A stretch of 64,000 nucleotides of DNA from an uncultured Chloroflexia bacterium (GTDB lineage: Bacteria; Chloroflexota; Anaerolineae; Anaerolineales; Anaerolineaceae). Shown here one piece after another: positions 29,286 through 40,340 of this stretch. A program made the position numbers and the translations under genes. Position 1 is the first letter of the stretch. Every line of letters starts with the position of its first letter. The stretch covers positions 284,714 through 348,713 of the forward strand of contig CAVWCP010000001.1 in assembly GCA_963753625.1 (NCBI GenBank). Reading direction: 5' to 3'. The notes under the pieces were generated by a model, which was not told the origin of the DNA, did not search any database, and worked only from the letters and a program-made list of their open reading frames with translations.

Positions 29286-30044
29286 ATGACCAGGAGTGTA
29301 TGCATGAACCCTTTAGATGAAATTCTACTGTTCGACTCTACCAAGAGAATTCCAAAAATCTCAGACTTAATCGATACCTCAAATTATGTCGATGTTATCG
29401 TACCCATCCACGGACTCCAGGTAAATGAGAGAATAATCATTGAAAACTCTACAAGTGACCAGATTACTGCCAGAGTCACGGATATCGGGCATTTTTGTTC
29501 CGGGAATGAAACCATCCCTGTGATCCTCAGATCCCCTCGAGTGATGGGGATTGTTGTTGGGAGATTAATGCAATTGCTTCCAAGAGAAAACAAGATCAAT
29601 CTTACGGATTTCAGAAAACTTACCTCAAGTTGGAAGAAACGCTTTAGCGACAGAGTTCAACCTAAAACGCCTAATTACTTCAGCATCATTCTACAGGGTA
29701 ACTCGTATCGGGTGAACATAAATGAGGTCGCTCCAAACGGAATGAGCCTATTTGTTGCTGTATCAAATCAGAGGGAATTAAGCGATGTGCTCAATGAGAA
29801 AATTCTCCTTCCAATAAAAGTCCAGCCGTATATTGATCGGTGTTGGGTTAAAGGAATAGTAAAGAATGTAAGGATTATTACCAATAATCTTGCTCGACTG
29901 GGTTTACAGATTTTCCCGGATCGAAAAGAACTTATTAACTTCAAAAATTACGTCAGCATCAGGAAAGAAGAGATCTTGAAAGAGGTTCATAATAATTTTA
30001 AGAAACTTCAGTCCATTCCGGAAACCAAGGACCTCTATTTCTAA
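29286..30044 (+). CDS. Hypothetical protein, possibly PilZ-like (c-di-GMP binding), in an AT-rich islet
   Basis: Intact 252-aa ORF. KKRFSDRV (RxxxR) is followed about 25 aa later by NINEVAPNGMSLFV, which resembles the PilZ D/NxSxxG element. The match is weak. Confidence 0.45.
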   Translation: MTRSVCMNPLDEILLFDSTKRIPKISDLIDTSNYVDVIVPIHGLQVNERIIIENSTSDQITARVTDIGHFCSGNETIPVILRSPRVMGIVVGRLMQLLPRENKINLTDFRKLTSSWKKRFSDRVQPKTPNYFSIILQGNSYRVNINEVAPNGMSLFVAVSNQRELSDVLNEKILLPIKVQPYIDRCWVKGIVKNVRIITNNLARLGLQIFPDRKELINFKNYVSIRKEEILKEVHNNFKKLQSIPETKDLYF

Positions 30045-30347
30045 AATGGAATGAGAATTTCCAATTGTGCAGGAGCACGGAGAAAACAATTCATTGAATT
30101 AGTCAAAATCAATGATTCAAACCCTGGATTTTACTATTGACAAGCTTTTACTTTGGGCAGGAAGGTAAGGTTCTGTCCAACGGGGGTTAAGGGTGGCAAA
30201 TATTTCTCCTTTATAGTTCAAGGCGACCCAATAAAGGGTTTAGAGAAGGTTAACATTTAATTGTAAAGTACCAGATAAACAAATCCAGCAAGGGGGATAA
30301 ACTCAGGGCTCTCGAGTATAATTACCCGCTGTGCCGGGTAAATTGAG

Positions 30348-31769
30348 ATGACAAATACCATTCAGACAATCACACATTTCTTTCGTGACCGCGAGTATTA
30401 CAAGGTTTTATTTCGCCTGGCATTCCCGATTGCTTTACAGAGTTTGATCACATCCTCGTTGACGATGATCGCAGTTTTGTTCATCGGGCAACTGGGTGAG
30501 ACTGCAGTGGCATCCGTCAGCCTGGCCAACCAGATCTTTTTCCTCTTAAACCTGATGGTTTTTGGCGTGGTGAGCGGCTGCGCGATTTTCATCGCACAAT
30601 TGTGGGGAAAGCATGATGTGCATAACATCCGCCGCGTGGTTGGGTTAACGCTGAAGCTGGCGCTGGCGATTGCCTTATTCTTCACGCTTGTGGCACTGCT
30701 CATCCCTGAGACAGTCCTGCGCATCTATTCCACCGATCCTGAAGTCATTGCCATGGGGAGCAGTTTTTTACGTTTGATGAGCGGGACTTATGCGGTATTC
30801 TCCGTCACAATTGTTTTCAGCATGGCGTCGCGCTCGACCGGGAATGTTCGCTTACCCTTATTCGTCAGTACTTCTGCCCTGGCAATCGAAGTGGCGCTGG
30901 CAATTCCGCTCATTTTTGGGATAAAGGCCATCGGTCTGCCGGCTTTGGGGATCAACGGTTTTGCCATCGCTGCCCTGATCGCCAGGGTATTGGAGTGTTC
31001 CGCAATCGTATTTTTTGTCTACAGGGATAAAACCAACCCGGTAAGGGTTGGCTTTGCCGAGCTAATTGACTGGGATTGGAAATTTATCAAAACGGTCCTT
31101 AAACCAGTGCTGCCAGTGATTGGGAATGAAACGTTGTGGTCGCTTGGCATAACCACCTACTTTGCGATTTATGGTCATATTGGTACAGATGCAATTGCGG
31201 CCATAAACATGGTCTCAACCATAGATCAAATTGCTTTTGTGATCTTCCTTGGTCTTGGGACTGCCACTTCGATCATGGTCGGAAACCAGATCGGCAAGGG
31301 TGAGAGGGATAAGGCGTTCACCTATGCGGGGCGTTCTCTGTTCCTGCAGATGTCTGGCGCAATGGTAATTGGTGCGTTAGTATTCCTTTTTGCCGGCAAC
31401 ATTTTCCAGTTATACAAAGTTTCACCGCAGGTTGTGGCTAATGCAAAGGCGATCCTGACTGTGATGTCCCTTGCCATGTGGATCCGGGCTTCCAACCATG
31501 TCATTATCATTGGTATCCTGCGGGCGGGGGGAGATACCAAGTTCTCCCTCATTCTCGATGGATTGGTCATCTGGTTGGTGGGCGTGCCGATCACTGCCAT
31601 TGGGGCGTTTGTATTCCATCTGCCGATACACCTGGTGTACGCGCTTACGCTAACCGAGGAGTTGGTAAAGGCCAGCATAGGTTTATGGCGGTATTTCTCA
31701 AAACGCTGGATCAATGATTTGACAAACAGGGTGGAAGAGATTTCACCTGTTGAAACCATCCTGGTTTAA
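30348..31769 (+). CDS. MATE family efflux transporter
   Basis: Intact 473-aa ORF with about 12 TM segments. The N-terminus ..FRLAFPIALQSLITSSLTMIAVLFIGQLGETAVASVSLANQIFF is typical of NorM/DinF-type MATE proteins. Confidence 0.9.
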   Translation: MTNTIQTITHFFRDREYYKVLFRLAFPIALQSLITSSLTMIAVLFIGQLGETAVASVSLANQIFFLLNLMVFGVVSGCAIFIAQLWGKHDVHNIRRVVGLTLKLALAIALFFTLVALLIPETVLRIYSTDPEVIAMGSSFLRLMSGTYAVFSVTIVFSMASRSTGNVRLPLFVSTSALAIEVALAIPLIFGIKAIGLPALGINGFAIAALIARVLECSAIVFFVYRDKTNPVRVGFAELIDWDWKFIKTVLKPVLPVIGNETLWSLGITTYFAIYGHIGTDAIAAINMVSTIDQIAFVIFLGLGTATSIMVGNQIGKGERDKAFTYAGRSLFLQMSGAMVIGALVFLFAGNIFQLYKVSPQVVANAKAILTVMSLAMWIRASNHVIIIGILRAGGDTKFSLILDGLVIWLVGVPITAIGAFVFHLPIHLVYALTLTEELVKASIGLWRYFSKRWINDLTNRVEEISPVETILV

Positions 31770-31807
31770 TAATTTCTTCAATTTTTCTTGATAAAGGGAT
31801 TTGAACT

Positions 31808-33056
31808 TTATTTTGCGGGATCTTTAACTAACATACTTAAAGTGATGATCGAGATCAATCCGAGCACTGCAGATACAATAAAAGTGCTGTGATAGCCGAA
31901 ACCATCCGCAAGTAGACCTCCCAAAAAAGGGGCGAGAATGGTACTGGGTGCGATGAGCGAGTTCGCCATGCCTACATAAGTAGGGCGGTTGGATTCCTGC
32001 CCAAATTCAAGAGAGATGGCGAGTCCGATGGTCCAAAAACAGGTATTGGCAATCCCATTAAGAATGAACACGAGTGAAAACAACGCTGGATCTTTGATGA
32101 CCAATGCAAAGATGGCGCTGGCGACGGCGGTTATTCCACCCAGCACCAATACCCATTTCCGCGACCATTTATCTGCCAGCCTGCCTAACGTGGGGTTAGC
32201 CACAACCTGGGTGATCATGAGGATACTGGTCATGACGCCTATCGTGATGGTGTCCATCTTTAATATTTTGACTGCGTAGACAGTGTAAAAGGCAAATGCC
32301 ATCATTCCGAACTGGGAGATGATACGGCTGATGAGAAAATTGCGGAACTGAGTATCAATCTTCAGGATGCGCTTGACATCGCTCCATAAAGGAGTGAGGT
32401 TTACCTGGTCTTCAAGCGGCGCACGGCGGGGTTCCCGGGTGGCATTGAGGAAGAACCAGGAAATTACGTACAAACCAGAGGCGATAAAGAAACAGGTGGC
32501 AAAATCAAAAGGCGGACCGAGTTTGGATAGAATGACCCCCGCAGTTACTGCCCCAATACTGGCGAATAAATTGGCACCCGCAGCCTGGAACCCGTAGAAA
32601 GTGGCGCGCATCTCTCCGGGGATCACCTTGCTGATCATGATCTGCCAGGCATTGGCAGTTAACCCGGAGCCCAGACCCTGCCAGATCAACAAGGCGAATG
32701 TCAAGATTAATGGCGACGGTTTTTCCGATAACAGGGATCAGAAGACCGACAAGCGCAAGCCCCAGGATCGGCAACCGTTCCTGAATGGTCATCATGACCA
32801 CATAGGGCTTGATGTGTTCCATGCGGTTAATGCGTTTGGCAGTAAGCAGTTGGGGAAGCTGCCAACCCATATTATGAATGGCAGGGATCAAACCAATCAA
32901 TGTGGCGGAGTTGGTCAGGGTGGCAACAAAAAGGGGAATGACCGTGGAATAGGAGGCAAAGCCGACGGCGAAACCAAAAATACTCCCATCACCCATATTG
33001 GCGATGATATTGTGTTTGAGGTTACTGCGGTCGAAAGTAGGTTGCCCGATATCCAT
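31808..33056 (-). pseudogene. MFS transporter; one frame change near 32700
   Basis: ORF 32505..33056 gives the N-terminal TMs (..LIGLIPAIHNMGWQLPQLLTAKRINRM..) and ORF 31808..32704 gives TMs 5-12 (LLIWQGLGSGLTANAWQIMISKVIP..). The two are collinear. Confidence 0.8.
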
Positions 33057-33068
33057 GTGATTTGATGG

Positions 33069-33095
33069 AAAAAACCCCGGAGAAATCCGGGGTTT
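33069..33095 (-). terminator. Intrinsic terminator after the DUF1540-like gene
   Basis: On the minus strand: AAACCCCGGA-tttc-TCCGGGGTTT-ttt (10-bp stem). The A6 run at 33069-33074 overlaps the stem foot, so the U tract on the transcript is TTTTTT in total. Confidence 0.75.
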
Positions 33096-33110
33096 GATTT
33101 TGGATTCTAC

Positions 33111-33347
33111 TTAGTAAGATTCATCTGGTTCGTCTGCATCCCAGATCTCTTCGTCATCTTCTTCATCCAATTCCTCCCATTCTGCCAATTCATCTTCTTC
33201 TTCAGTCCAGTCTTCTTCGGCAGCAGTTTCGGCACTGACGGAATAGGTTTTACATCCAGCATCCGGATCGATTTCCACCATGCCCGCGGTGCAAATTCCA
33301 TCATCCAAAAAAGCACAATCCAAATAATGACATTTTATTCGAGCCAT
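33111..33347 (-). CDS. Small Cys-containing protein with an acidic tail (DUF1540-like)
   Basis: MARIKCHYLDCAFLDDGICTAGMVEIDPDAGCKTY is followed by a Glu/Asp-rich tail. The pattern resembles DUF1540 (KC.V.NC....C.A..I.I). This is from memory only. Confidence 0.55.
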   Translation of the reverse strand: MARIKCHYLDCAFLDDGICTAGMVEIDPDAGCKTYSVSAETAAEEDWTEEEDELAEWEELDEEDDEEIWDADEPDESY

Positions 33348-33360
33348 TTATTTTCTCCTC

Positions 33361-33821
33361 CTAAGAGTGTAAATTTGATTCTTGGTTCTGCTTCAACCAG
33401 AGTATTGAAGCTGCAAAAATAATTGTCATACACAGGCCTGACAGGATACACCATTGACAAATAGCGTGGATGACAAAGATTTCAAGGTAGGTCAGATAGA
33501 GCGAATACAAAAATCCAAAAAAGCCAATCCCAAAAATAAATAAAACCTGGTAATTCTTGAACAGTTTAATGCGTTCTCCAAAGAAGACCAAGAGAAGCAT
33601 CGCCAGATAGCTCAGCACTCCAAAAATGGCGATTGGTATTCCCCATAACTCTGACCAACTGCTTGAATTTACTGTTGAGCAATCCCCAAGTCCTGGAGTA
33701 CAGTAAATGGGAGTTCGAAAATCTTAACATACGCAAGATAGCCAGAAATCAGCAATCCAACCAGTGCTGTAATCCAGATGACGGTTCTAATACGGTTAAT
33801 GATGATCTGCTTATCCTTCAT
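33361..33821 (-). pseudogene. Vitamin K epoxide reductase (VKOR) family membrane protein; one frame change near 33660
   Basis: ORF 33669..33854 contributes MKDKQIIINRIRTVIWITALVGLLISGYLAYVKI. ORF 33361..33618 has the CxxC active-site helix HAICQWCILSGLC. Confidence 0.7.
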
Positions 33822-33912
33822 GCAAAATTCGATTTTTCGTATTTCCCCTCTCACGATGATTGCCGCAGATTAATTTCTTCCGAGGTGAAAATCGGCAATA
33901 GTATAACATGAT

Positions 33913-36169
33913 TTACCCAGGTTTCAAGCGATGAGCTTCCATTACATTTGGCAAGTTTTCGATCTTGGTTAATACACGCGCTAAGTTGGGCGATATCCGA
34001 AATTTCAACCACCAGGTCAAGGTAAGCCAGGTTGTGAGTGATGTTGATCTTGATATCTTTTACATTGATATTTTCGTTCGTCAACAGACTGGAGATGTCT
34101 CCCATCAGACCCTGCCGGTCATAAGCTTTGATCTGAATCTCAACCGGGAAGGTGAGCTGCGGTTCTCCCCAGGCAACCCGAACCAAGCGATCACGATCCT
34201 TAATGCGCAGCATATTCGGGCAATCCTGCCGGTGGATGGTGGCACCGCTGCCGCGCGTGATGTACCCGATGATATCATCCCCGGGGACAGGTTTACAGCA
34301 TTTGCCGTAGGTGGTCAGGATGTTTTTCAACCCAAGTACGGAAACGGCATTGCCGTTGAGGTCGCGCACAGGAGGACCCGGTTTGATGACCAGACTTCAT
34401 CCTGGGTAGTGGATTCAACATCCGAAAGCAGATTGATGATATGTCCGATGGAAATATCACCACAACCAACTGCCACATAAAGGTCATCCAGGTTGCGGAA
34501 ATCAAAACTCGTTGCCAGTTTTTCCAGGTTGAAGTCCATCAAACCCAGGCGGCGCAATTCTTTTTCAAGGATCTCTTTACCCTGGCTCAGGTTTTGATCA
34601 CGATTTTGATGTTTGAACCATTGGCGAATTTTGGAACGGGCGCGTTGGGTGTGAACCAGCCCGAGATTGGAATTCAACCAATCACGTGAGGGACCACCTT
34701 GTTTGGCGGCAAGAATCTCCACCTGGTCGCCGGTTTTTAATACATGTGTCAAGGCTTACGAGTTTGCCGTTTATCTTTCGCTCCCCGGCAGCGGTGACCA
34801 ATCTCAGTATGGACGTTATAGGCAAAATCAATGGGGGTGGAACCTGCTGGCAGGTCGATGATGTCTCCGCGCGGGGTAAACACATAAACGCGATCCTGGA
34901 AGACATCAGTTTTCATGCCATCAACGAATTCGTTGGCATCTTCAACTTCCTGACGCCATTCCATCAATTTTTTCAGCCAGTTAATGCGCTGTTCGTACTG
35001 TTCATCGCGCGGACCCTTTTCCTTGTACTTCCAATGGGCCGCGATACCGAATTCGGCATTCTCATCCATTTCAGGTGTGCGGATCTGGACTTCAAGCGGT
35101 TTGCCATCATCATAAAGAATGGCAGTATGCAGAGATTGATAGAAATTATCTTTTGGGGCGGCAATGTAATCATCAAATTCATTGGGAATGGGACGCCAGT
35201 TGGTATGGATGACACCCAGCGCATGCATAACAGGAAGGAATATCGTTGACAATCAGACGCACGCCGCGCAAGTCGCGCACAAGTTCAAATGGTTTATTTT
35301 TTTCGACCATTTTGCGATAGATCGAGAAAATATGTTTGGAGCGACCGGTGATTTCAACCTTGATGCCCACCTCAGCCAGCACCTTTTTAAGGCGGGTAAT
35401 GATCTCATCCATTTGACGTTCACGATCCAGGCGGGTTTCTGACAGGTTTTGGGCAATCTCTTTGTATTTTTCCGGATTGGTATGGCGGAAACCAAGGTCT
35501 TCCAATTCCCACTTGAGCTGCCAGATGCCGAGGCGGTTGGCTAAAGGCGCAAAAATATCCAGGGTTTCCTGGGCGATACGGCGGCGTTTTTTCTCAGGCA
35601 TGAAGCCGAGCGTGCGCATATTGTGCAAGCGGTCGGCCAGCTTGATGAGGATGACGCGGATATCTTCTCCCATGGCGAGAAACGTTTTACGCAAGCGTTT
35701 CATTAGCCAGGTCCCGGCGGCGATCGCGTGCCAGGGGAGAATCAAGGAGGGAATCATCGGCGTCCTCTGCCTGGTTTCCAAGCTGCTCAAAGATCTGGGA
35801 ATCGTGCTGGTCAGCCCTTGAGACCCGCGGAAGATGAGTGAGTTTGGTGACGCCATCCACCAACGGTTTGATCTCGTCGCTAAATTCCCTGGCAATATCT
35901 GCCAGAGTGACTGGAGTATCCTCGACCGTATCATGCAATAAGCCAGCCACGACCACAACTGGTTGCACCTGAAGTTCAGCCAGGATGATGGCAACGGCGA
36001 TGCAGTGGGTAATATAGGGTTCGCCTGAGACGCGTTTTTGACCTTCGTGGGCTTTTTCGGCAAATTTATAGGCATGGATGATCAACTCGCGGTCAACCAT
36101 GGAATAGGATTCCGGCAGCGCTTCGATCAGATTTTCGAGGAGCGGGGCAAGTTTTTCAGTACTGATCAT
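33913..36169 (-). pseudogene. relA: Bifunctional (p)ppGpp synthetase/hydrolase RelA/SpoT homolog; at least five frame changes
   Basis: The HD domain (HCIAVAIILAELQ..LLHDTVEDT), the synthetase domain (RSKHIFSIYRKM, YQSLHTAILYDDGKPLEVQIRT), TGS (VFTPRGDIIDLPAGSTPIDFAY) and the ACT end (..LTKIENLPNVMEAHRLKPG, stop 33913-33915) are spread over ORFs 35687.., 35179.., 34749.., 34327.. and 33851... Confidence 0.9.
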
Positions 36170-36264
36170 TTTGCCTGACCAATCTAATTTCGCACTAGTA
36201 TAACATTATTAATCCGGTAAGAAACCATTATCCAATGATGCTAATGATTATCTGCGTAAAGGAT

Positions 36265-36879
36265 CTAACAATCAAAATCAGCGTGTGAAATATCCATTGT
36301 CCTGGTAATTTCATTTGGCACTGCAATACAGGTGATCCCAGCTGCATTGGCCGCCAAAATCCCATTGGGAGAATCTTCGAACACCACAGCTTCCGCAGGC
36401 TGTAAGTCCAATCTCGAGAGGGCGAGAAGGTAATAGTTCCGGGTCGGGTTTAACATTCAGGACATCCTCAGAAGTGAGGATCGTGTCGAAATACCGGACT
36501 AAATCCAACCGAGAGAGATGTCCGATGACCCAGTGGCGTGGTGAACTGGAGGCAACAGCCAATTTCCGACAAGCAGTTTTGGCTTCACTGAATGAAATCC
36601 AGCACACCGGGGAGGATAGGTTGAGTTTGGATGAGCCTATTGGCTATCGAAAGTTGTTCCTCGTGTAATTGAGAAGGGTCGAGGGAATCCTGAACTAATG
36701 CGCATAGGTGAAGAGCGGGATCAAAGGCGCTAGGACCTGTACCAATTGCCTTTTTCCAATCTTCAAGAGCGAAGGGTTGGTTGAATCGGTCAAAGATTTC
36801 TTTCCAGGCTAGGAAACCGGGCTTTTCGGTGTCCAGGATCAAACCATCGAAATCAAAAATGAACCCTTTAGATTGTCAT
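36265..36879 (-). pseudogene. HAD-superfamily hydrolase (beta-phosphoglucomutase-like subfamily IA); frame changes
   Basis: FIFDFDGLILDTE was read by hand near 36850-36875. VASSSPR and EDSPNGILAANAAGITCIAVPN come from ORFs 36585.., 36311.. and 36265... Confidence 0.7.
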
Positions 36880-36907
36880 TGGCCTGTGCATCTTTCTTAA
36901 TATTCGA

Positions 36908-38071
36908 TTATTTAAGTTTTTCTTCGCCCGCAAATTGGCGCAAGGGAGAGAGGTACCGCAGTGTTTCCACATCCTCATCCGTGGTTCGATCGAGGACGAT
37001 CCTGGTGAGCAATTCTCCACCGGAGGGTCCGAGCATGAATCCCTGTCCGCACAAACCCACCCCAAGAACGAAATTGTTCAATTGCGGCGCTTTACCGATA
37101 ATTGGAAAGCCATCAGGGGTCATTGGGTAAAGCCCGCGCCAGGTTCGGCGCACCCGGATGTTTTTCAGGCGCGGCATGATCTCGATCATTCTGCGCGCGA
37201 CCATGGGCAGAAAACTGCTGGTTTCGTTGATGTCATCGCCCCAGGCGTTGGGTTTGGGCGTGATGCAGAAGATCATCTGCCCGGTGATGTGTTGGTAGAA
37301 GTAATAATTGGATGAACCTGCAGTGGGGCGGATATCCACGACCATCGGACCCAGGAAACGCGCCACAGGTTCAGTGATGGCAGCTTCATGTGAATCCGGT
37401 TTCACGGGCAAATCGAGCCCGGCCATGCGACCGATTTGGGCAGCATCGGCTCCGGCAGCGTTGATCACAACATCGGCTGAATATGTGTCTTTGTGGTTGT
37501 AACAGATGTGATCCTGTCGTGGTCGATTTCAATTGCCAATGACAGGTTCAGAGAAATGGAATTCAGCACCTAATTTAACCGCATGTGTGTAATACGCATG
37601 GTTGGCGAGCAGTGGAGAGGCACTGCCATCTTTTGGGGAGAAGGTGCCCCCAATAAGGTTAATCGGATTCAGGTCAGGAACAATCTTTAACAAGCTCGCT
37701 TTTTTCGTACCAGTCATTTTGCAAACCATAGGATTTTTGGACGACCAGCAGATCTTTGAGGATCTTTTCTTCGCGTTCGGTGTATGCCACAAAGGAGTAA
37801 CCGCATTCATCCCATTCAATGTCATCACCAAATCGTTCCTTGAAAGTGGAGAAAATTTCAATGCTGCGCAGGCACATGCGGATCTTGGCGGGATCGGAAT
37901 GCGTGGCGCGGATGCCGCCGATGGCGCGCTTATTGGAACCCTGACCCACACTGGGGACAGATTCCAGAACAAGTACACTTTAAGCCGGCTTCTGGCCAGA
38001 TAAAAAGCAGTTGGTGTGCCTAAAGACCCAGCACCGATAATAATGGCATCAAAATGGTTGTTATTGTTCAT
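36908..38071 (-). pseudogene. FAD-dependent oxidoreductase (sarcosine oxidase beta / DadA-like subunit); frame changes
   Basis: ATG 38071 is preceded by GGGAGG. MNNNNHFDAIIIGAGSLGTPTAFYLA is the dinucleotide-binding motif. Collinear pieces are ORFs 37674..37949 and 36908..37468. Confidence 0.75.
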
Positions 38072-38544
38072 TTTGCTGCCTCCCATTCTTTCACCTGCAA
38101 AAGTACCCAAGGGAACTTCAATGAAGACCGGTCTTTTGGATGCTTCGATAACCTGGTTGGCGGGAACGCCTTCTTCCCGGAATAGGCGGAGGATCAAGGA
38201 GGCGCAGGTTTTTGCGCCGCAGGCGCCCATACAGGCGCGGGTGACCGTTTTTATCTCGTTGATATCGTGATACCCATTGCGGATCAGAGCGCGGATCTCG
38301 CCGGCGGTCACATGTTCACAGCGGCAGACAATGGTGTCATCCGTCACATGGTTGACATACTGGAACATGGGTTGGGTGATCTGTTCTTTTTGAACTTTTA
38401 TGCCGGCAATTTTTGGGGCAATTTCACTGGTGGTGACCACCTGGATGATGCTGTGCGGTCACTGGAAGGGATGCTGTGAATATCATAAACTTCGGTTTCG
38501 CCAAGCAGTTCCCTTCGGTATCGAGGATTGAAACATATCATCAT
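38068..38544 (-). pseudogene. BFD-like [2Fe-2S]-binding protein; frame changes
   Basis: IVCRCEHVTAGEIRALIRNG..TRACMGACGAKTC gives the Cys pattern. The start ATGATG overlaps the upstream stop, and the reconstructed stop overlaps the downstream ATG (ATGA). Confidence 0.6.
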
Positions 38545-39847
38545 TGCGTGATGGTACCACTGGAGAATTCATAAGGGATGGAAACAATCGGCTGTTCCGG
38601 ATTGGAACGGTAATCCACCAGGGTGATGGCCAAACCGGGGCATCCGGCGACACATTTCTCACAGACTTCACAGCAATAATTGTTGCCAACAAAGGTGGGA
38701 ATGGCGCGGATATCCTTTTTATCGATGACGATCAGTCCATGCGGGCAAAGGGAAGAGCAGGGGTCGCAGGGAATTTCCTGGTTGCAGTGAAACACAGGCA
38801 CGACACCGACCGGCAGGTCAGGTATTTGTTCAGCAAATACATTGCCAGGGCGGGACTTTAGGATTTCACCAGTGCGATACCACGAAGCGGGAATCTCGCC
38901 GATATTTAACCCCAGTGACTTGGCGATTTCGAGACCCTTGATCTTGCCGGAGAACATGGCAGCGGATGCTTCGGCAATTTCTTCAGCATCACCGGCAACG
39001 AAAGCTGGGATATTGAATTCGACTGCTTTCTGGTAAAACTCGATAACCGGATCCAACCCAACCGCGATAAGGACTGAATCACATGCAAAGGATTGCTCTG
39101 TGCCAGGGATGGGTTTAAATTGATCATCCACCTTGGCGATGGTCACAGACTCAACATAATCGTCTCCATTGGCGCTCAGGATCGTGTGGGAGGTATAGAT
39201 GGGAACGCCCATGCGGACCAGTTTATCTTTATGCACTTTATAACCGCCGCATTCCGGAAGGGCTTCCACCAGACCAACCACACCGATTCCTGCCTGGAGG
39301 GCATGATAACCCGCGATCAGCCCTACATTTCCGCCGCCGACAATGAAGAGTTTTTCAGCCGGGCGGACGAGATCACGGTTGACCAGGGTCTGGAAAGCAC
39401 CTGCGCCATAAACTCCGGGCAGAGTATTGCCTTTGAAGGCCAGGAATTTTTCGCGGGCGCCGCTGGCGACCAGCAAGATTTGCGGGGTGACCAGGACATA
39501 CTCCTCGCCATTCTTTAAGAATGCCAACTTTTTTATCACTAAAGACAGCAAGGCAGGTGCTTTTCAACCACACCTCGACGGATGGATATTTTTGCAGTTC
39601 TGTTTCAAGGATGGTGGCGATATCGATTCCGCGTGTGCCGGCATAAACAGCATCTGCTGAACCAAAGAAGCGGTGGGTCTGCAGAACCAGTTTTCCGCCA
39701 ACGCGGTGTTTATCATCCACCAACAACGCTTTGATACCCAGTTTTCCCAATTCAATGGCTGCGGATAAGTCCGGCAGGACCGCCGCCAATGATCAGTACA
39801 GGAATTTCAATTTCGGGAATTGTTGTAAATACGGACGGATTTTTCAC
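38541..39847 (-). pseudogene. NAD(P)/FAD-dependent pyridine nucleotide-disulfide-type oxidoreductase with a C-terminal Cys-rich ferredoxin-like region; frame changes
   Basis: PVLIIGGGPAGL and FIVGGGNVGLIAGYHAL are Rossmann motifs. The C-terminus has CNQEIPCDPCSSLCPHG and CCEVCEKCVAGCPG. The GTG start overlaps the upstream stop (GTGA). Confidence 0.7.
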
Positions 39848-40159
39848 AGGGGAAGTTCGGGATGATGATCGTTGGGAAAAATCTTCATCCCGTCGGTGAG
39901 GGATTCCATGCAGGATTTGACAGGCATACCATCCGCAATCACCATGCACTGCGAACATTGACCATTGGCACAAAAAATCCCCAGCGGGGATCCATCTTTA
40001 TGATGATGTCCAAATACCTTAATTCCATTGGCAAATAAAGCTGCAGAGATCGTTTCCCCTTCAAGACCAGTGAGTGTTTTATCCATGCCACTGAAATGAT
40101 ATCGTTTTTCGATCCGGAATAGGAAGAATGGGGTGTTTGGTGATTCTGCGATCTGCCAT
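39844..40159 (-). pseudogene. Small (2Fe-2S)-binding subunit; one frame change near 40086
   Basis: MADRRITKHPILPIPDRKTISFQWHG runs from ATG 40159, followed by KTLTGLEGETISAALFANG..CANGQCSQCMVIADG in ORF 39844..40086. Confidence 0.6.
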
Positions 40160-40340
40160 AACCGGTTCCTTCCTCGATTAATAAGATATAGGTCTATTGA
40201 ATCATTCCTGGAATGACCGAATGAATTGTACCAAATTCGCTGCGATTACAGACAATGAGAAACAACCTCAAAAAGCGAACGAGTGTCACTGTATTTTATT
40301 CGGCAGTGATAAAATCAATCATGAATAAGAGGAGGTAATT

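Noticed and set aside
27603-30340. Intact prophage, ICE or genomic island
   Set aside because: There is no integrase, recombinase, capsid, conjugation or replication gene, and the region is only about 2.7 kb. At most it is a remnant or a non-autonomous element.
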